IMG/VR virus record: IMGVR_UViG_3300025030_000041
Coordinates: 1-64,000 of that record
Reading direction: 5' to 3' (one strand)
DNA from: a virus
DNA length: 64,000 nucleotides
In this document: piece after piece, positions 57,544 through 64,000 of the stretch
How the letters are laid out: the number at the start of each line of letters is the position of its first letter
Numbering within the stretch: the first letter of the stretch is position 1
Notes under the pieces: generated by a model
The model's database searches: none
Seen by the model: the letters and a program-made list of their open reading frames with translations, nothing else
Told to the model about the DNA's origin: nothing
Position numbers and translations under genes: made by a program

Positions 57544-58014
57544 ATGTCAGTACGTATTTATAATTGTAGATATTGTTCTTTAAAAAATTGTGATATTAAA
57601 AATAAATTAAAATCATATAAAATAAAAGAGCAAGTTTCATATAAATGTAAAGATGTTAAATCTAAATATGAAGTCGGAGATGTTGTACAATTTAATTATG
57701 GGTATTATGAAAGTACTTTTAAATTTAATATACAAGAAGACGACGACATTACTCTTACTGGAGAAATAATTGGGGATTTCAAGAAAAAAATGTATTTACT
57801 TAAAATATCATTAGCTGAATATAATAAAATTAAACACATTTATTATATAAAAGGTAAGTGTAACGCATACCACGAAACTATTTTTAATAAAGATGGCAGT
57901 GTTGAAATTATTGAAACTTCATTTTTTCAAATACCAGTTAAAGAATCAAATTTTATAAGCGTTAGTACAGCTAAGCGCAAATTAAATACTCTAATAAATA
58001 AAATTGATGAATGA
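57544..58014 (+). CDS. Hypothetical protein (N-terminal Cys pairs)
   Basis: ORF. Confidence 0.35.
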   Translation: MSVRIYNCRYCSLKNCDIKNKLKSYKIKEQVSYKCKDVKSKYEVGDVVQFNYGYYESTFKFNIQEDDDITLTGEIIGDFKKKMYLLKISLAEYNKIKHIYYIKGKCNAYHETIFNKDGSVEIIETSFFQIPVKESNFISVSTAKRKLNTLINKIDE

Positions 58015-58145
58015 TGTTAAAATAACAGAAATATTAGAGGAACTATCTGAATTAAAATCTAAATTAAAAATATCAGAAGACCTAGGCTTTAAAATAAAAA
58101 TTGATGATAACTTAAATTTATTAAATAATTTTAAAATACAAAAAG

Positions 58146-58601
58146 ATGGAAGACGAAGTAAAAAATAATAAAGACTCACTAGAAAATAAATTAAAGAAGA
58201 AACATAAAGAAATAAATGAAGAAATTAATATTAATATATCATCATTAAAAGATATTAAGAACTTAGTTAATATACAAATTAATCTATTATCACTTAGACA
58301 ACGCTTAATAGAAGAAAACCATGAATTATATGACATATATAATTTATTACAAAAGAAATTTAGAGAAGAGAAACAAAAAGAATTTAAAAAATTAGGAGAG
58401 TCTTTTCAATATAGGTATCAGCAAAATGAAAAAAATGCAATTATAGAAGGAACTCATTCTGAACTTAAACATAAATTAGATTTATTTGAAAATCAAATAA
58501 ATTTTTATGAAGGAACTATAAAAACTCTAGACTCAGCGTTATTTGGACTAAAAATGAGATTAGATATTGAATCAATGTTTGGGGCCGTTCCTGGAAGATA
58601 G
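58146..58601 (+). CDS. Hypothetical coiled-coil protein
   Basis: Lys/Glu-rich heptad-like sequence. Confidence 0.35.
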   Translation: MEDEVKNNKDSLENKLKKKHKEINEEININISSLKDIKNLVNIQINLLSLRQRLIEENHELYDIYNLLQKKFREEKQKEFKKLGESFQYRYQQNEKNAIIEGTHSELKHKLDLFENQINFYEGTIKTLDSALFGLKMRLDIESMFGAVPGR

Positions 58602-58836
58602 TCATTAAGTATATACCTTATAACAACTACTCAAATAATACCTATATAAAAATAAATGATAAAACTTAGAGTTTCAGATTGTAAGTCATACTTACAATTA
58701 ATACATTACGAGTTTAAACAAGAGCTAAACGCTTTTAAACTTCATTTTAAAAAGAGAGCCCCAGGATATTTTTTCGACTGGCGGTTCAAAAAAAAAAATA
58801 TGGGACGGCTATGACAATTTTTATGAAGATGGAAAA

Positions 58837-60198
58837 GTGTCTATTGGTTTTTGGGCTGAAGTAATTCGTTTTTCAGAATCTAATAATATAGAAGTACAAA
58901 TAGAAGGTTTAGAAGATATATTCGATAATAACGTTATTGAAGATGATATTAATAAGTTTAGTGATGTATTTTTTAAAAATTCTAAAATAAACCCGTCAGA
59001 TAGGCCATACCAAATTCAAGCAGCATATAAAATGCTTAAATATAAGTATTGTATAGGAGAGCTTGCAACGTCTGCTGGAAAAACTTTAATTGCATTTATA
59101 ATATATGCATACTTACATCATAAAAGAGAAATAACAAAAGATAAAAAACTATTAATAATAGTACCCAATAAAACTTTAATTGGCCAAATTGAAAATGAGT
59201 GGATAGAATATAATAATGAAATTTTGCCATTAAATGTAGTAAAAATTGGAGGCGGCCATAAAAAGCCAAGTCAAGATGAATTAGATAATTCAAATATTAT
59301 AATAGCGACATATCAAACCCTTATTAATTTAGAAGAAGGTTTTTATGAAAAAATTAATAATATTATAATTGATGAATGCCATAGAAGTAAATCAGATAGT
59401 ATTCCTAAAATATTAGAAAAGATTAAATCTCCTAATATACTGTTAGGTTTATCCGGAACAGTCGATTTAAAAACAGATGATTCTACATATTTTAAAATAC
59501 AAAAAACAATTGGACCAATTGTATATATAGTTAAAACTGATTATTTAATACAGCAAAAAATAAGTCCAAATGTTAATATACATCAAATGTTTCTCGAGTA
59601 CGACAAAACTGATCCGGTAATTGCTAATTATTTAAATATAAAAGATAATGGACATACTATGTTCAAAGATAAAAACAAATTTGGTCAATTTTTATATAAA
59701 ACTGAGAAAGACTTAGTAATACAGAATGACAGTAGATTTAAATGGGTAACTGATTTCTTAAAAAAGACAACTAAAAATACATTAGTATTATTTAGTAATA
59801 TTAAGGATGGTTATGGATTACAAATTAAAGATGAATTAATAAAACATAAAACGTGCAGATATATTGACGGCTCAGTTTCAAAAGATGATAGAGATTTATA
59901 TATAAAAGAAATGGAGAACGGAGATAATATAGTTATTGTTGCAAGTTTTCCAACGTTTTCTACTGGTATTAATATTAAAAATTTATTTAATATAATTTTC
60001 GCGGAATCTTATAAAAGTGAAGTACTAATTCGTCAAAGCATAGGTAGAGGACTTAGAAATTACACAGGAAAAACTGAAATTAAAATTATTGATATAATAG
60101 ATGATTTAGACGGATATTCAAATAAGCATTCTAAAGAAAGAGAAAAAATTTATAAAGAACAAAATTTCAAAATTTTTAAACATAAAATAAAACTATAA
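58837..60198 (+). CDS. SF2 DEAD/DEAH-type helicase (UvsW-like)
   Basis: Motif I ATSAGKT, motif II IIIDECHRS, motif III LSGTVD, motif VI QSIGRGLR. Confidence 0.7.
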   Translation: MSIGFWAEVIRFSESNNIEVQIEGLEDIFDNNVIEDDINKFSDVFFKNSKINPSDRPYQIQAAYKMLKYKYCIGELATSAGKTLIAFIIYAYLHHKREITKDKKLLIIVPNKTLIGQIENEWIEYNNEILPLNVVKIGGGHKKPSQDELDNSNIIIATYQTLINLEEGFYEKINNIIIDECHRSKSDSIPKILEKIKSPNILLGLSGTVDLKTDDSTYFKIQKTIGPIVYIVKTDYLIQQKISPNVNIHQMFLEYDKTDPVIANYLNIKDNGHTMFKDKNKFGQFLYKTEKDLVIQNDSRFKWVTDFLKKTTKNTLVLFSNIKDGYGLQIKDELIKHKTCRYIDGSVSKDDRDLYIKEMENGDNIVIVASFPTFSTGINIKNLFNIIFAESYKSEVLIRQSIGRGLRNYTGKTEIKIIDIIDDLDGYSNKHSKEREKIYKEQNFKIFKHKIKL

Positions 60199-60200
60199 CT

Positions 60201-60848
60201 ATGAAAATATGGTGTATAAGTGATACTCATAATGAGCATAATGAATTAGAAATTCCAAATAATGTTGATATGGTAATTTGCGCAGGAGATGCTGGAACCT
60301 GCCGAAACCCAGCATTAAATGAAGCTCCATTAAAAGACTTTTTTAATTGGTATAAAAATTTACCTATTAAATATAAAGTATATTCTGCTGGAAATCATGA
60401 TACTAGTATAGACACTGGCTTAATTTTAAGAGGAGATATTCCAGAAGAAATTATTTATTTAGAACATGAGTTAAAAGAAATTAGTGGGTTAAATGTATTT
60501 GGTAGTCCATATACTCCATCATTTGGACATGGCTGGGGGTTTAATGTACCAAGAAATAAGCTTAAACCGTATTGGGATGAAATACCTAGTAATACTGATA
60601 TATTAATAACTCATGGACCGCCTAAAGGTATATTAGATTTTACTATTACGACTAATGAGTCAGTCGGGTGTGAATTTTTATATGAAAAGATAATGGAAAT
60701 ACAACCAAAATACCATATATTTGGTCATATTCACGAAGACGGTGGCAAAACTAAAAAAATAGACAATTGTAATACTGAATTTATTAATGCCTCAGTGTTA
60801 AATTTATATTATAGAAAATCAAATAATGGAGTAATTATCGAAATATGA
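60201..60848 (+). CDS. Calcineurin-like metallophosphoesterase
   Basis: ISDTHN, AGDAG, GNHD and GHIH motifs. Confidence 0.7.
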   Translation: MKIWCISDTHNEHNELEIPNNVDMVICAGDAGTCRNPALNEAPLKDFFNWYKNLPIKYKVYSAGNHDTSIDTGLILRGDIPEEIIYLEHELKEISGLNVFGSPYTPSFGHGWGFNVPRNKLKPYWDEIPSNTDILITHGPPKGILDFTITTNESVGCEFLYEKIMEIQPKYHIFGHIHEDGGKTKKIDNCNTEFINASVLNLYYRKSNNGVIIEI

Positions 60849-61717
60849 AACAGAAAATAATTCAGTTTGACCAAAAACAATTATCTAATTTAATTTCATG
60901 TATAGAATCGTTTAATAAATTAGGTGAAACTACTAAGTTTACATTAAGCCTGGATAAAGATAATGATTATTTAATATTACTATCTGGTACAGGAAAAAAT
61001 TGTGTTAGAACCATTAAATTTAATCTTAATAATTATTCAAGTAACTATATTAAAGACACTAATACTGGATTATTTTCTTCTACTTTAAATCTTAATAAAG
61101 AATCTATAAAGATACTAAACTTTATTAAGAAAACTATGAAAAAGGAATTATTAAATTTTATACTTAATTATGATTCTGATAGTAATGAGCTTAGATTTAT
61201 TTCATTAATATTAGATAGTTCTACTCATAAATTTAATTATAATATTAGTTTAGGATATTCTGAATATTTTCCAATTGATAATCAAAAAATGTTAAATTTT
61301 TTAAATTGGGAAAACCTAAATATAAAAGATTTATATGCCGAACTATTATTAAATGCCGAACATATAAATGATTTAATAGACTCAATAGATATTATAAAAA
61401 CAACAAGAGCCGGAGATGATGATAACGTGATAATTTTATCTATTGACAATAAATTATTATCAGTAAAAGATGAAAAAATTAAATCTGATATAATATTTAA
61501 AAATTTTGATATAAAAACATTTAAGAATGAATCGTTTTCTATTAAAATAAAAATTGATGACTTTATTAAAATTACGGATTGTATTAATAAGTTTAAACTA
61601 CTTGATAAAAACTATATAAAAATAAATATATACAGAAACACTCTTCTTTTAACTTATCAAGATTTATATGACTATAATAATATAGATAATACAATACTAA
61701 GTTCAGTTATTGCATAA
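60845..61717 (+). CDS. Hypothetical protein
   Basis: ORF, start overlapping the upstream stop. Confidence 0.35.
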   Translation: MKQKIIQFDQKQLSNLISCIESFNKLGETTKFTLSLDKDNDYLILLSGTGKNCVRTIKFNLNNYSSNYIKDTNTGLFSSTLNLNKESIKILNFIKKTMKKELLNFILNYDSDSNELRFISLILDSSTHKFNYNISLGYSEYFPIDNQKMLNFLNWENLNIKDLYAELLLNAEHINDLIDSIDIIKTTRAGDDDNVIILSIDNKLLSVKDEKIKSDIIFKNFDIKTFKNESFSIKIKIDDFIKITDCINKFKLLDKNYIKINIYRNTLLLTYQDLYDYNNIDNTILSSVIA

Positions 61718-61719
61718 CT

Positions 61720-62124
61720 ATGAAATTTATAAAAAGTATAAATGATTTTACAAAAAATAAAATTTATTATACATCAAAAAACTTTGTTACATTAAACGGA
61801 TGTACCAATGCTATGACGCAATACCCACTGGGTCTTGGATTCAGCTCTTTTTTTAAAATAGTTAGTGTTAAAGGTAATTCTATTTTTATAACTACCCCAA
61901 CATATTTTTATAATAATGCTATATTTGGTAAATTACATGATTCACCAATTATATTAGACTTCACTCTACTAGAATCTTTAAATATAAAAATAATTGAAAT
62001 TAATAATATCAAGTCTTTTCCTTTTAAATACACAGACCCTGATGGATTTTATATGGCAATTGAATATAACGAACATGAAATGACTAAATTTAAATTAAAA
62101 ACCTTAATTAAATATAAAAAATAA
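61720..62124 (+). CDS. Hypothetical protein
   Basis: ORF. Confidence 0.35.
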   Translation: MKFIKSINDFTKNKIYYTSKNFVTLNGCTNAMTQYPLGLGFSSFFKIVSVKGNSIFITTPTYFYNNAIFGKLHDSPIILDFTLLESLNIKIIEINNIKSFPFKYTDPDGFYMAIEYNEHEMTKFKLKTLIKYKK

Positions 62125-62236
62125 TTAATTTAATATCAATTAGTTATATTTTTATTTAAAAATAGGTGAAACAAATTAAAGATAAATTAATATATTTGCA
62201 GTATAACAATCATTATTAACTTAAAACAATTAAAAA

Positions 62237-62458
62237 ATGAAAACAAACAAACTGAAAACTGCTGTTAAAGCCGTTGCAAAAGTAACAAAAGGAAGTAGTG
62301 ACGTAGTTCGTAAGATTAAAGTAGGTGATTATACTAAGATTGCTAGAGCGACTGGGTATGACTACAGCCATGTATGGAGAGTTATTAATGGAGAGTCTAG
62401 TAATCCATCAGGAGAAATTATGAAATACACCGCTACGGTTATTAAAAACAGAAAATAG
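62237..62458 (+). CDS. Hypothetical small basic protein
   Basis: ORF, followed by a strong terminator. Confidence 0.35.
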   Translation: MKTNKLKTAVKAVAKVTKGSSDVVRKIKVGDYTKIARATGYDYSHVWRVINGESSNPSGEIMKYTATVIKNRK

Positions 62459-62479
62459 TGAGTATTTTTTAAATTTATA

Positions 62480-62516
62480 AAAATAGCCTAATTTTTAATT
62501 AGGCTATTTTTATTTT
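62480..62516 (+). terminator. Rho-independent terminator (potentially bidirectional)
   Basis: aaaatagcctaatt-ttt-aattaggctatttt: 14-bp perfect stem, 3-nt loop, then tatttt. The A-run on the 5' side would serve the opposite strand. Confidence 0.55.
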
Positions 62517-62873
62517 AATGCTTATACGTATACCAATAGTTAAATTCAAATGATTATAGAACTAATAATTTTCTTTTTAAAAGTTTGGTCTATTTTATGG
62601 ACTATACTTTTAGTTTTAATAATATATTCTAGTGCTGTGTTAAACTTAAAAAGACTAGAATTTAACCTTAATTTGAAAACCTGTGCGGAATTATCGCTGT
62701 ATATTACTTCAATATACACATGGTTTTTATAAAAAAGATAAAAATACCAACTATTGATTATAAATAGCAAGTTGCAACGGAAACTTAATGGTGTCAAAAA
62801 TGTCATTTCAGAGTATTATCATAGATATTTTCTTTACTACGTTATATATAGGGGTGATTTAAAACTATAAAAA

Positions 62874-63116
62874 ATGATAACAGAAAAAGAATACTTAAAA
62901 GCAAAAATGATTGTTGAAGCATATGAATGTGAGCAATTGAATAAACCTGCTAGTATAAGCCATATGAAGTGCTGCGACAACCAAGATATAGAAATATTTT
63001 ATAAAAACACCAGTAATAAGGATGGGAGTGGAAGAATGGGTGTTACTCATAAGATATTTAAATGCAAGAATTGTGTTATGCAATCGGCTTTTATTTGTCA
63101 AATGTTTAATAATTAA
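62874..63116 (+). CDS. Small Cys-rich protein
   Basis: MKCCDNQD...CKNCVMQ. Confidence 0.3.
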   Translation: MITEKEYLKAKMIVEAYECEQLNKPASISHMKCCDNQDIEIFYKNTSNKDGSGRMGVTHKIFKCKNCVMQSAFICQMFNN

Positions 63117-63131
63117 ATACTTAAAAAATAA

Positions 63132-63429
63132 AAACAGAATTATGTTAGAAAACGAAAACTTGAATGAACCACAAAAAACGCAATTGAATATAAGTGAGGT
63201 TAGCCACAATTGTATTTGTTGCGGAAAAGAAATAAAGAAACTTGATGGACTGCCAAAAGATAAGGATTGGGAAGGTATGTGGAATGGTGGAATAGTTGAA
63301 AAGATAAGTGCTGGGTATGGCAGTTTACTTGATGGAGATATGTATGTTTTGGCTATATGCGATGACTGTGTAAAGTTGAAACAGCTAAAATACGTTGGTA
63401 ACTATATGTTCCCAGACAATTGTGACTAA
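63132..63429 (+). CDS. Small zinc-ribbon protein (CICCGK...CDDC); the track ORF 63022-63429 probably starts at this internal Met
   Basis: MLENENLNEPQKTQLNISEVSHNCICCGKEI...LAICDDCVKL. Confidence 0.3.
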
Positions 63430-63675
63430 CTGATGACACTAACAGTCAGGTGGGGATTAAATGCACCGTACTTTCACTTGACGATAAGCTTCATTAGACA
63501 CAAGATAGCTTCAATGTGACACAAGCCCCCACTTGCTGTTATTGTATGTTATGGAGCGTTTATTGCCATCACAAATAATTATAAAAGATAATATGATTTA
63601 ACATTTAAGAATCCTAAAAAGTTAAGCAAAATAAAAATAGTAATCTAAATAAATAAAAAGAAAGGGATTAATTTA

Positions 63676-63996
63676 ATGAAAAAATATGTTAAAATCTTTG
63701 AAGATTTTATAAAAGACTCCGCCAATAATATTTATAATGAAGATTTAACTGAAATTATAGGCTGGCTATTAAAATACGGAAAATCTAAATCTGGAGAATC
63801 TGTAGAAGATGAATTAATTAAATTTAAAAAAGAGTTAAATACTAAAGGCATTGGCCAAGAGACTACTGATTTTTATGAATTAGAACAATACATTAGCAAA
63901 GATGAAAAAATAGTAATTATAGACAGCCTATTTAATATATTTTTAAATTTAAATGATTATTATAGAATTAATATGATAGGTAAAAACATCAGTTAG
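63676..63996 (+). CDS. Hypothetical protein
   Basis: ORF. Confidence 0.35.
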   Translation: MKKYVKIFEDFIKDSANNIYNEDLTEIIGWLLKYGKSKSGESVEDELIKFKKELNTKGIGQETTDFYELEQYISKDEKIVIIDSLFNIFLNLNDYYRINMIGKNIS

Positions 63997-64000
63997 CATT

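Noticed and set aside
63431-63440. CTGATGA heptamer (hammerhead-ribozyme core) at the start of the GC-rich element 63430-63560
   Set aside because: A 7-mer is expected several times by chance in 64 kb, and no flanking stem II / GAAA / stem III arrangement could be found
1-64000. CRISPR arrays, rRNA genes, integrase / transposase genes
   Set aside because: No direct-repeat/spacer periodicity, no rRNA-like conserved stretches and no recombinase motifs were seen anywhere in the window

Overview
This window looks like part of a strongly AT-rich genome from a distant T4-like (Tevenvirinae-like) myovirus. It is gene-dense, has no rRNA, no convincing tRNA and no CRISPR, and shows blocks of co-directional genes. 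Recognisable T4 core genes include a two-piece UvsX recombinase, a gp41 DnaB-like helicase split around a free-standing endonuclease gene, gp61 primase, gp46/gp47 (Rad50/Mre11-like), and an N-terminal fragment of gp43 family-B DNA polymerase. Others are gp55 late sigma factor, gp4 head completion protein, gp20 portal, a UvsW-like SF2 helicase, ATP-dependent DNA ligase, PhoH, gp1-like dNMP kinase, dCMP deaminase, dUTPase and a gp42-like dCMP hydroxymethylase. The outstanding feature is a cluster of three inteins in two adjacent replication/recombination genes. UvsX carries a split intein whose two halves are adjacent ORFs separated by 26 nt with no endonuclease gene, plus a second contiguous mini-intein. 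The gp41 helicase gene is 'fractured' at its P-loop by an atypically split intein (about 32 aa N-part, about 121 aa C-part) with a C2H2-zinc-finger/Vsr-like homing endonuclease gene between the halves. Accessory content includes a flotillin/SPFH protein, an HDAC-like deacetylase, a radical-SAM enzyme, and a sugar epimerase/dehydratase with glycosyltransferase-like genes next to the hydroxymethylase module, which suggests glycosylated hmC DNA. There are also many phosphatases, a MazG-like ORF interrupted by an in-frame TAA, two tandem paralogous small ORFs, a conserved 51-nt box present twice and each time followed by a GC-rich structured element, and several striking inverted repeats. All functional calls rest on motifs read by eye from the ORF translations; no database searches were run.
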